From the NCBI GenBank assembly GCA_951812335.1, contig OX638293.1:1160731-1224730 (forward strand): a stretch of 64,000 bases of DNA, written 5' to 3'. The stretch's first letter is position 1. Each line of letters begins with the position of its first letter. The notes beneath the pieces are model-generated. The model saw only the letters and a program-made list of their open reading frames with translations, had not been told where the DNA came from and did no database searches. The stretch is from Rhodothermales bacterium (GTDB lineage: Bacteria; Bacteroidota; Rhodothermia; Rhodothermales; VXPQ01). Shown here one piece after another: positions 48,723-57,008 of this stretch. The translations under genes and the position numbers were made by a program.

Positions 48723-50009
48723 GTGAACCGGATGCCACTCTTCGCCGGAATTTTATGGCTTGCGGTCGCTTTTGCGGCGACGTCTCCTGCTTTGGCTTTG
48801 CAGGAGCATGCGCCCGGCGCCAATGCGCGCGATGCGGCGCCCATCGCTGCCGTCTCTCCAGACGCCTTGCAGGAAGAACCCGGCGAACAGGGCATGCGCG
48901 TGTCGCTGCTCACCATTCTTCCCGGCTCCGAAATATACTCGCTCTGGGGGCATAGCGCCCTGCGCATTACGGATCCGCAGTTTGGCCTCGATATGACCTG
49001 GAATTATGGCACGTTCGATTTCGAGGCCGGTAATTTCGTGCTCAAATTCCTGCACGGCAACCTCGACTATACCCTTTCCATGCAGCGCTTCGAGGCGGTC
49101 CTGCGGGCGTACCGCGCCCAGGAGCGGCCCATCGTCGAACAGACGCTCGACCTGACGCCTGCCCAGCAGCGACGCCTCCTGGACCTGCTTGCCATCAACA
49201 TGCGCCCGGAAAACCGGCGGTACCGCTACCATTTCCTGTTCGACAATTGCAGTACGCGCATCCGGGATGCGCTGGAGGCGGCGCTCGGGGAAGAAACGCT
49301 GCATGCGGCGGAGCTTCCGGAAGACGCTCCAACCTTCCGCGCGCTTATCGAGCCGTACCAGCGCGCGGTTCCTTTTCTGGATGCAGGGGTCGATGTGCTG
49401 CTCGGCGCCCCCGTGGACCGGCCCGCGGACGGTCGTGAGATCATGTTTCTGCCCGAAGATCTCATGCACGCCTTCGACCGGGCGCGTATAGGGGCGGGAG
49501 AGTATACCCGTCCGCTCGTCGCGCGCACCGATACGCTGCTGTGGATAGACGGATACGACGCGGAAAGAGCGCGTTTCCCCTGGGAGGCCGTGGCGGCATG
49601 GCTGCTTTTCGCCGGAGGCCTGGCGCTGACGCTTCGACGCCCCGGCGTGCTGCGGGCGCTCGATGTGCCGCTTTTTCTGGCGATAGGGGTAACAGGCCTG
49701 CTGATCGCCTATCTCTGGCTCGTTTCGCACCACGACGTCACCAACGCGAACCGCCACCTCTTCTGGGCATGGCCCACGCATATGCTGGCGGCGGGGATCC
49801 TTCTTGTGCGTCGCAGTCCGTCACGCCTTCTTGCGATATACCTGGTGGCGGCTGCGGCAGCGATAGGCATTTCGGTTCTTGTGTCCCCCTTTGTGGCGCA
49901 GCCATTTTCTTCCGTACTCCTTCCGGTGGCGTTGCTTGCGGCGGTACGGGGGGGAGGGATTGCGCTGCCGGGTCTGATCGGGGGTTTAGGGAGCGGCGGG
50001 AAAATGTAG
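48723..50009 (+). CDS. DUF4105 (Lnb N-terminal-like) domain membrane protein
   Basis: Signal peptide, then ..GSEIYS.WGHSALR..D.......NYG.FDF and ..YHF.FDNCSTR.RD.. typical of DUF4105. The C-terminal third is hydrophobic. Start is GTG 48723 or ATG 48732. Confidence 0.8.
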   Translation: MNRMPLFAGILWLAVAFAATSPALALQEHAPGANARDAAPIAAVSPDALQEEPGEQGMRVSLLTILPGSEIYSLWGHSALRITDPQFGLDMTWNYGTFDFEAGNFVLKFLHGNLDYTLSMQRFEAVLRAYRAQERPIVEQTLDLTPAQQRRLLDLLAINMRPENRRYRYHFLFDNCSTRIRDALEAALGEETLHAAELPEDAPTFRALIEPYQRAVPFLDAGVDVLLGAPVDRPADGREIMFLPEDLMHAFDRARIGAGEYTRPLVARTDTLLWIDGYDAERARFPWEAVAAWLLFAGGLALTLRRPGVLRALDVPLFLAIGVTGLLIAYLWLVSHHDVTNANRHLFWAWPTHMLAAGILLVRRSPSRLLAIYLVAAAAAIGISVLVSPFVAQPFSSVLLPVALLAAVRGGGIALPGLIGGLGSGGKM

Positions 50010-50013
50010 TGCC

Positions 50014-50044
50014 GCAACAAATCTGTTGGCAACAGATCCGTTGC
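50014..50044. terminator. 31-bp imperfect palindrome between convergent genes (possible bidirectional terminator, no U-run)
   Basis: GCAACAAATCTGTTG-G-CAACAGATCCGTTGC. The arms match at 13 of 15 positions. It lies 5 nt after the DUF4105 stop and 46 nt after the sppA stop. Confidence 0.3.
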
Positions 50045-50089
50045 GAAAGCAATGCTCCGAAGTCATTTTGGCCACGGAGTCGTGTATTC

Positions 50090-51892
50090 CTACCACACCT
50101 CAATCTCCACGGGCATTCTCGCCTGCACCGTACCTGCGTCGCGGGCGTGCGCCGTCAGGGCGCGGGCGTGTTCCATCAGTTCCCGTTCGGCAGAGGATTG
50201 GGTCCATTGCATCCACGTCGCCCCGCTTTTGACCAGCAACAGATCGTTGAATGCCTCGAAAGGCGATTTCGGGCGCGGCAGAACGCGCAACCGCCAGGGG
50301 CCTTCGCCCAGTTCTGTTTTTCCGGCGGCGACCGCAATGGCGTCTTTCAACGTACCCAGCGAATCCACCAGGCCAATGTCCAGCGCATCCTCGCCGGACC
50401 ACACGCGGCCCTCTGCAATTTTCCGCACTGCGGCCTCATCGAGTTCGCGATTCGTTGCCACGAGGTCGATGAACGTATCGTACATGTCGTCAATCCAGTG
50501 CTGCATCATCTCCCGTTCCTGGGGACTGAACGGACGGACCCCGGACAGCATATCCGCATACGGACTCGTTTGCACGCCGTCCGTCGTGATGCCCAGTTTG
50601 TTTTCGAATGTTTTACCGAGGTTGAGGAACATCGCAAAGACGCCGATGGAGCCGGTAATAGTGATTGGGTCGGCCAGAATGGTTTCGCCCGCTGTCGCGA
50701 TCCAGTAGCCCCCCGAAGCCGCCACATTGCCCATGGAAATGACGACCGGCTTCTCTGCTGCCGTACGATGAATGGCCTGCCACATGGTCTCGGACGCCGA
50801 CGCGGAGCCGCCGGGAGAATTGATGCGCACGACCACAGCCTTCACGAAGTCGCTTTCCCTCGCTTCGCGCATGTCGCGTGCAAAGCTTTCCGATCCGAGA
50901 ACGTTTCCGCTAAAGGGATTTTCCGGAATGCTTTTCCCGTTCAGGATCATACCTTCGGCGTACACGACGGCTATTTCGCCCCCGCTGTTTGTCGAAAGGC
51001 CCGCTTCGGAATTCGGAGTCGATGCATACGATCCGAGCGACATCGTTTGCAACTCCGCATCCAGGTCATGGCCAAGGCGTTGCTTGATGAGTTCCACAAC
51101 CTCATCGTGGTAGAGCAGTCCGTCGAGCAGTCCGGCCTCGTAAGCCCGCTTCGCCGAGAAGATGGCTTGACGGTTCACGAGTTCGTCGAGCGCTTCGAAG
51201 GTCGTACCCCGGCTTTCGGCTACCGCGTTCAGGAATGTCCGGTTATAGGAATCCAGCAGCGCGGTGAGTTGTTCTTCGTTTTCAGGCGAGAGGTCCCGGC
51301 GCAGGTACGGTTCGACGGCGGATTTGAACGCGCCGGCCCGGATGATCTGCGGCTCGACATCGAGTTTTTCGTACAGCCCGGTGTAGAAATACGTCTTCAT
51401 CGAAAAGCCATTGAATTCGAACATGGCTTCCTGCGAAGCGAAGACGCTGTCGGCGGCGGACGCCAGATAGTAGGTCGATTCGGACATCGCGTAATCGTTG
51501 CCCGAGGCGAACACGGGTTTGCCGCTTTCCCGGAATCGCAGCAGGGCTTTGCGTACCTCGTGCGCGCCGGCATTCAGTCCCGAAAATCCCTTGATCCGGA
51601 TCCACAGAGCATCGATACGTTCGTCGCCGGCCGCCTTGTCGATAGCATCCGTGATGCCCATCAGGTTGTAACTGGATCGCTTGCCGGAGATTTGATCTAT
51701 CGGATTCGTCGAGGGGGTTTCGGGGATGGAACCGGTAAGGTCGAATGTGAGCACCATGCCGCTGCGGACACTCGGCGTGGTGCCGGACATCGTCGAAACG
51801 GCGAGCAGAAAGAACATGCCGATCAAGAAGAGCAGGCCGAATGCGGCCAGCATGCCCAGTGCGGCGGCGGCCATGTTGGAAAGGAAGCGCAT
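50090..51892 (-). CDS. sppA: Signal peptide peptidase SppA, 67K (duplicated) type
   Basis: N-terminal TM segment. Two S49 domains (..INSPGGSA.ASE.. and ..MGNVAASGGYW..). 600 aa. Confidence 0.9.
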   Translation of the reverse strand: MRFLSNMAAAALGMLAAFGLLFLIGMFFLLAVSTMSGTTPSVRSGMVLTFDLTGSIPETPSTNPIDQISGKRSSYNLMGITDAIDKAAGDERIDALWIRIKGFSGLNAGAHEVRKALLRFRESGKPVFASGNDYAMSESTYYLASAADSVFASQEAMFEFNGFSMKTYFYTGLYEKLDVEPQIIRAGAFKSAVEPYLRRDLSPENEEQLTALLDSYNRTFLNAVAESRGTTFEALDELVNRQAIFSAKRAYEAGLLDGLLYHDEVVELIKQRLGHDLDAELQTMSLGSYASTPNSEAGLSTNSGGEIAVVYAEGMILNGKSIPENPFSGNVLGSESFARDMREARESDFVKAVVVRINSPGGSASASETMWQAIHRTAAEKPVVISMGNVAASGGYWIATAGETILADPITITGSIGVFAMFLNLGKTFENKLGITTDGVQTSPYADMLSGVRPFSPQEREMMQHWIDDMYDTFIDLVATNRELDEAAVRKIAEGRVWSGEDALDIGLVDSLGTLKDAIAVAAGKTELGEGPWRLRVLPRPKSPFEAFNDLLLVKSGATWMQWTQSSAERELMEHARALTAHARDAGTVQARMPVEIEVW

Positions 51893-51991
51893 AGCGAATC
51901 GAAAGAATGACAGGTGAGGAAAGAATAGGTGCAGGAATATTTCCGAAAAATACGACGGCGCGCGTTGTTTTATGCCCGTTATCCGGTCGCC

Positions 51992-53464
51992 CTATTTGCC
52001 TTTACTTAAGGCCTCCTCCCCGAATTGCCCGGCAGCCTCGAGGGTCTCGCGCACATCGTCCCAGGTCGTGGCGTGGTTGACTATGCAGAGCCTGAGCGAA
52101 AACCTCCCCCCGAGCCTCGTCGACGACATGAACGCACGCTCTTCCCAAAAGACGCGGGCAAGCACATTCCTGTTGATCTCTTCCAGGACTTCCTCGTCGA
52201 GATCGGCGCTCGCGGGGTTGATCCGGAAGCACACAATTCCCAGTGACGCAGGATTCAATATCTCCATGATCGGGTTCTTCCGGACGTACTCCTCGGCCCG
52301 GGCGGCCAATTCCATCCCTTTCGACACGGCCCGCCGGAACGCGGCCATCCCGAAGGTCTGAACCGACATCCATATTTTCAAGGCGCGAACCGAACGGCTC
52401 AGTTGCAAGCCGCGATCCGAGAAATTCGGATGGTTCGCACCCCATATCGTGTCCTGAAGCATATCGTGCGGTATCGCGAAGGCGTTCTTGAGCGTCTCTA
52501 CATCCTTCACAAGAAGGCAGCCCGCCTCGTACGGCTGGAAAAACCATTTGTGGGCGTCGACCACGATCGAATCGGCGCGCTCGATCCCGCGCAAAAGCTC
52601 CTTGCCGCGCTCGGTCACCGCGGCGAAGCCGCCGTACGCCGCGTCGACGTGCAACCAGATTCCTTCCGCCTCGCAGTAGTTCGCCATCTCCTCAAGCGGA
52701 TCGATGGCGCCTGTACTGCCCGCTCCGGCGTTCGCGCACACCGCGATGGGATTAAACCCCGAGGCGCGGTCCACAGCCACGGTACGGGCAAGCGCCTCCA
52801 TGTCCAGCCGGTAACGCCCGTCGCAGGCAACTTTGCGGATACATTCCGCACGAACGCCGATGATGCGGGCCGCGCGGACCTGCGCACTGTGACTCTGGTC
52901 GCTCATATACACGGTCGCGCGATCAGGGTCTCCAGCCGCCTCCCGCGCTGCAACAAATGCATCGAGACTGGCCGCCGAACCCCCACTCGTCAAAAGCCCT
53001 CCTGCGCTCTCCGGATAGCCCAGCCAGCGACGAATCCAGTCGATGACCACCAACTCGAGCTGGCTCGGACCGCTTGAGGTCAGCCAGGTGCACTGGTTGA
53101 CCTGGTGCCCGGCTGCCATGAAGTCCGCCAGCACCCCTGGCCAAGTGGGCGACGACGGGATAAATCCGAAGAAACGGGGGTGATCGTTCCGGGCTGCGAC
53201 AGGAAGAATATCGCGGGCGGCCTGCTCGATAACTTCCTCCGGCGGGCGGCCCTCCTCGGGCGGAGCCTCTGCCAGTTGGTCTATAAGCTCCTGCCTGAAC
53301 TCTCCTTCCCAGGCATTCTCTTCGGGCAGCTGCTCGATCCTCTCGACTATAAGCTCCGCCGCCTTGCGCGCAAGATCCAGCATGATCTCGGGCGCCATTC
53401 GGAGGCTGTCGCATACCTCGCTACGCACGCCTGCGCCCGGCTCTATAGCGGTCGGTTGTTCCAT
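51992..53464 (-). CDS. Group II pyridoxal-dependent (aromatic-amino-acid type) decarboxylase
   Basis: Contains ..HP.F.GF.PS.... , ..GGS.A.L.A...AR.. and the PLP-lysine segment S...D.HKW...P...G. 490 aa. Confidence 0.85.
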   Translation of the reverse strand: MEQPTAIEPGAGVRSEVCDSLRMAPEIMLDLARKAAELIVERIEQLPEENAWEGEFRQELIDQLAEAPPEEGRPPEEVIEQAARDILPVAARNDHPRFFGFIPSSPTWPGVLADFMAAGHQVNQCTWLTSSGPSQLELVVIDWIRRWLGYPESAGGLLTSGGSAASLDAFVAAREAAGDPDRATVYMSDQSHSAQVRAARIIGVRAECIRKVACDGRYRLDMEALARTVAVDRASGFNPIAVCANAGAGSTGAIDPLEEMANYCEAEGIWLHVDAAYGGFAAVTERGKELLRGIERADSIVVDAHKWFFQPYEAGCLLVKDVETLKNAFAIPHDMLQDTIWGANHPNFSDRGLQLSRSVRALKIWMSVQTFGMAAFRRAVSKGMELAARAEEYVRKNPIMEILNPASLGIVCFRINPASADLDEEVLEEINRNVLARVFWEERAFMSSTRLGGRFSLRLCIVNHATTWDDVRETLEAAGQFGEEALSKGK

Positions 53465-53533
53465 CGGATTCCTTAGGCAACGGTATGATACATCAGAAAT
53501 TGTCCGGCGCCAACAAAGAACAAATCAGATCTG

Positions 53534-53561
53534 AAAAAGGGCCGGTCCGCCGGAACGCCCC
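53534..53561 (-). terminator. Intrinsic terminator after the cache/T9SS gene
   Basis: The minus strand reads GGGGCGTTCCGGCGGACCGGCCCTTTTT: GGGC..GCCC and CCGG/CCGG stems followed by T5. It lies 32 nt after the stop. Confidence 0.5.
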
Positions 53562-53592
53562 TGTCGTCGCGCAGCCCCGCAGCCGAAAGGAA

Positions 53593-54789
53593 TTATTTGA
53601 GCAAGGTCATCTTCTTCGCAGAGACGTTCTGTTCGGTCCGCAGGACGTACAGGTACGTACCTCCGGCCAAACCCGATCCATCGAACGAGACGATATAGCG
53701 GCCCGCCGGCTGCACGCCGTCCGCCAGCACGCGCACCTGACGACCGAGTATGTCATGGACCGTGAGTGTAATGGTCTGCGCCCGGTCAAGTGCAAACTCG
53801 ATCGTCGTGGAGGGATTGAACGGGTTCGGATAGTTCTGATCCAGCGCGAAGGCCGTGGGGATTTCTCCGTCCACAGGTTCGACCGATGTCACCCTTGTCT
53901 CATATATGCCGGCGCCCACGATGGCTGTAAGGGATGCCGGGTTACCATCGGGGAGGGTGAATGTGACTTCATACTGACGGGCGAAGGTCACCTTGGGAAT
54001 GTCGGCGCTATCGGTGTCGTCATCGGGGTTGTCGAAATTATACGTGACGAAGCCCCCCTCTTCGCTGCTGGCCGCCGCCGCGATAATCTGCGGGAGAATG
54101 AGCGAGTCGGTAACGGCGTCTCTGAGAGTTTCCGTGGGAGCCTGAAGTTCGTATTTTTCCGGAAACGCCCCGTGAAAGAACGTGTAGCCGGTCAGATCCA
54201 TGACAAAGAGATACGTGGGGCCGTGTCTCCAGTGTCCGGTCGTATCCCGGAATATCCTCTTTACTCTAAGGGTGGCGTCATAGCCTTCTGTCTCATAGAG
54301 TTCAACAAGGTAATCCAGCGCACCGTTTACGAAAGCCTTCAGGCTCTTGCGGTCCATCACATCGCGGGCCGTTACGGCAGGAGCGGGGGCGGGGGCAACA
54401 GCATCTTCCACGAGGTGGGACTCCCTAATATCGAGGCCGGCGGTCAGGAAGGCTGAGCTGCCGTCGGGGTTAAAGTAAGTCACAGCGTAGCCGTCGTCGC
54501 CCATAAAATCGAAAGGACTGCCAACTTGCGCCGCAGAAGCTGCCGCGCTGACCGTCTGGAGCATAGTAGAGTCAACCACTCCGCCCGACAAAAGTATATC
54601 CTTCCCGTGCAGAACCAGTGTGCCTCTGGGCGTCATCGTAGCAATGTAGGTGGAACCGTAATTCCAGGGTCCCTCATGCGTCAAAACACACCCGAGGTAC
54701 CCGGCCGCCAGCGGGGAGGCGCTGATTTGCAGTGCGTACGTGAAATAATCGGTCACGAATTCTGTCAGGTCGGCCTCGTCATTCTCCAC
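53593..54789 (-). CDS. Double cache-like domain protein with T9SS C-terminal sorting domain; apparently 5'-truncated (no signal peptide)
   Basis: The C-terminus ..LDQNYPNPFNPST.I.F.L......L.V.D.LGR.V..L........G.Y...FD.S.L..G.Y.Y.L is a T9SS type-A CTD. Two single-cache-like modules lie upstream of it. The first possible start (GTG 54789) gives MENDEADLTEF.., which is not a signal peptide. The frame stays open upstream into the repeat. Confidence 0.7.
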   Translation of the reverse strand: MENDEADLTEFVTDYFTYALQISASPLAAGYLGCVLTHEGPWNYGSTYIATMTPRGTLVLHGKDILLSGGVVDSTMLQTVSAAASAAQVGSPFDFMGDDGYAVTYFNPDGSSAFLTAGLDIRESHLVEDAVAPAPAPAVTARDVMDRKSLKAFVNGALDYLVELYETEGYDATLRVKRIFRDTTGHWRHGPTYLFVMDLTGYTFFHGAFPEKYELQAPTETLRDAVTDSLILPQIIAAAASSEEGGFVTYNFDNPDDDTDSADIPKVTFARQYEVTFTLPDGNPASLTAIVGAGIYETRVTSVEPVDGEIPTAFALDQNYPNPFNPSTTIEFALDRAQTITLTVHDILGRQVRVLADGVQPAGRYIVSFDGSGLAGGTYLYVLRTEQNVSAKKMTLLK

Positions 54790-54842
54790 CTGTTCAGCCG
54801 TTACTATGTCCGAGGGAATGGGCGCAATGGCATCGCGGGCGG

Positions 54843-54944
54843 AAAGCGCCCTTCGGGAGGCTGCGAGGGGTGCGCTGGCCGCGTCATCCCTTGCCAGCGC
54901 ACCCCTCGCAGCCTCTGAGTTTTACGGATTGAATCAGAGTATCC
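54843..54944 (+). repeat. Structured TIR repeat family, right half only, with near-perfect 24-bp hairpin
   Basis: ..GCGCCCTTCGGG, then arm 54856-54879 (GGAGGCTGCGAGGGGTGCGCTGGC), a 13-nt loop, arm 54893-54916, then ..GAATCAGAGTATCC. No left end is present. Confidence 0.85.
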
Positions 54945-54948
54945 TGTA

Positions 54949-54978
54949 ATAATACTTCGTCGGGCGTTTGGTTGTCAA
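54949..54978 (-). promoter_or_regulatory. Sigma-70-like promoter candidate pointing into the half repeat and the cache/T9SS gene
   Basis: The minus strand reads TTGACA (54978-54973), an 18-nt spacer, then TATTAT (54954-54949). The predicted transcription start falls at the edge of the repeat (about 54942). Whether this phylum uses this consensus is not certain. Confidence 0.3.
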
Positions 54979-55158
54979 GTTTTTGGTGTTAATGTTTATG
55001 AGCAAGCTCTTTATCGTGCGCGATCCGTTCGTGGGACGTTCCATGTAGCACCGGCCTGCCTCCGTCGCTTCTTGTCCTGCCGGACGTGCTTCCGGTCAGC
55101 GATTCCGTTTTGTCCGATTGCGGATTGAAGGGGCGCTTTGTATTCTGCATGCATTATA

Positions 55159-55345
55159 GGATACTCTGACCAAAACCGCTTCGCTCAGCACTTCACGTTC
55201 ACACGTGAAGCGCCCTTCGGGAGTCTGAGAGAAGCACGCTGACCGCGTCATTCCTCATTGTGTGGGGCCTGCCACACTGCTTCGTCATTCCTTGCCAGCG
55301 CACTTCTTTCAGCCTCTGAGCTTTGCGGACTTAATCAGATTATCC
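55159..55345 (+). repeat. Structured TIR repeat family, 187-bp variant
   Basis: GGATACTCTGACCAAAA.., then CTTCACGT-TCAC-ACGTGAAG joined directly to GCGCCCTTCGGG and the long hairpin, ending ..CTTAATCAGATTATCC 1 nt before the ATG at 55347. Confidence 0.85.
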
Positions 55346-55346
55346 T

Positions 55347-55829
55347 ATGGATACCGTTTTCCGATACCATATCCCGGAACTCCATCCGCTTGCCGTCCAT
55401 TTTCCTATAGCGCTTCTGGCGGCGGCGGCGCTGGCTGCGATTGTCTGGATGACATGGGGCGCGCCCTTTTGGCGCCGCGTTACGTGTTTGCTCGCCATGC
55501 TGGGCATGATGGGCGCCCTTTTTGCCTGGTTTACGGGCGAGTCCATGGAGGAGCAGGCGGAAGGCGTCCCTATCGTAGACGAATTGGTAGACCTGCACGA
55601 GCAGATGGCTTTTTATGCGCTGATCGCGGCCATCCTGACTTCCGTGGCGTTGGGGTTGCTGACCTGGATCGGGCGCGTGGGCCAATCCCAGGGCAGCCGT
55701 TTTGCAGGCATGAATCCGGATCGCCTTCCCTACCGCCTCGGAGCGGGTTTTCTGGTGCTTGCCGCGGCAGCGCTGGTTGCCTGGGCCGGTCACATTGGCG
55801 CAACCATGGTGTGGGGCGTTTCCGGGTGA
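55347..55829 (+). CDS. DUF2231-like small membrane protein
   Basis: 160 aa with four hydrophobic segments. The N-terminal ..HPLAVHFPIALL.. is typical of DUF2231. Confidence 0.65.
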   Translation: MDTVFRYHIPELHPLAVHFPIALLAAAALAAIVWMTWGAPFWRRVTCLLAMLGMMGALFAWFTGESMEEQAEGVPIVDELVDLHEQMAFYALIAAILTSVALGLLTWIGRVGQSQGSRFAGMNPDRLPYRLGAGFLVLAAAALVAWAGHIGATMVWGVSG

Positions 55830-56076
55830 TGAATTGTCGGGCCGATCGCCTGGCGCCACCCACTGCTCATTGTCCATTGCCCACTGTTCTCTGCCGCCCG
55901 CTGTGCAGCGCTCCCCGACCTCTACCTGTCCGCCCATAGCCCTCTGCCCGTTGTCTGTCGCTGCCGTCCGTAGCCTGTTATCCGCTATTCGTCACCTGTT
56001 GATTTCCACCGCCCCTGCCCATCGCAAATAAGAGCTTCGCAAACATCCTTCCCCCTTTTGCGTTCTTATACGCTTC

Positions 56077-56739
56077 GTGCATAAACAGGGAAGCCTTGAA
56101 AAAAAGCAGTCGCAATACGCCTTGAACCAGAACAACAAACATACTTTGGAGGAACCGACCGGAGACGGCAATTTGCCGCCCGAAGAGAAAATACCCGGCG
56201 AGGCCGGAGAAGCACCTGTTGAAGAAATACCTGCGGATGAGGAACACACCTTCGAAGCACTTGCCGCCGCCGTCGAAGAGCTGCAGCAGCGCCTTGAAGC
56301 GGCGGAAGATCGGTTTTTGCGCAAGGAAGCCGAATTCAGGAACTACCGTCGTCGGACCGAGGAAGAAAAAGTTATCCTGACCGGTCTTGGGAAGCGCCTC
56401 GTTATCCGGCGGTTTCTGGACGTACTGGACGATTTCGGACGTTCTCTGGAAGCCGCCGGACAAGTGGAAGCGCAGCAGGAAAAAAAGCCCGGCCCGGTAT
56501 ACTATGCGCTGAAGGAGGGATTCGAACTGGTGCACCGGAAGATCATGGACGAGTTGGCGAAAGAACAGGTCGAACCCATCGAAGCGGTTGGGCAACCGTT
56601 CGACGAGGCGTTGCACGAGGCGGTGATGCAGCAGGAGGTCGAGGGAACGGCGCCCGGCATCGTTGTGGGCGAAGCGCAGAAGGGATATCGTATGGGCGAC
56701 CACATTCTTCGTCACAGCAAGGTTGTTGTGTCCGGCTGA
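56077..56739 (+). CDS. grpE: Nucleotide exchange factor GrpE
   Basis: Acidic N-terminus, then ..R..AEF.NYRRR...E.. and ..G.PFD...HEA.......... typical of GrpE. The GTG start at 56077 is uncertain (TTG alternatives at 56122 and 56146). Confidence 0.85.
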   Translation: MHKQGSLEKKQSQYALNQNNKHTLEEPTGDGNLPPEEKIPGEAGEAPVEEIPADEEHTFEALAAAVEELQQRLEAAEDRFLRKEAEFRNYRRRTEEEKVILTGLGKRLVIRRFLDVLDDFGRSLEAAGQVEAQQEKKPGPVYYALKEGFELVHRKIMDELAKEQVEPIEAVGQPFDEALHEAVMQQEVEGTAPGIVVGEAQKGYRMGDHILRHSKVVVSG

Positions 56740-57008
56740 ACGCATGACCGGCGGCGGACCTGGCGGGTTCCGGATGCGGAATTCGTCATTTTTCAATCGC
56801 TTTCATCTGCGTATGCTTACTCTTTCCTGGCCTGCCACCTTGACAGATTTGCCCGTTTTCGGGAGATGCGGCAGGATTTTTGCTAGTCCCTTTTGTGCGA
56901 GTAGGGGCATGCCGGCATAATAACCATAATAGCATCCTGTCCGCCTCTTCACGCGCCCTTGCTTGTTTCACGGCATACTCCGCCCGCGTCCGATCCTGAT
57001 CCCTTCCC

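Noticed and set aside
54980-55158. Short minus-strand ORFs (36 and 53 codons) in the spacer between repeat copies, as the missing signal peptide of the cache/T9SS gene
   Set aside because: Neither peptide (MERPTNGSRTIKSLLINI.. or MQNTKRPFNPQSDK..) has a hydrophobic core, and neither is in frame or contiguous with the gene.
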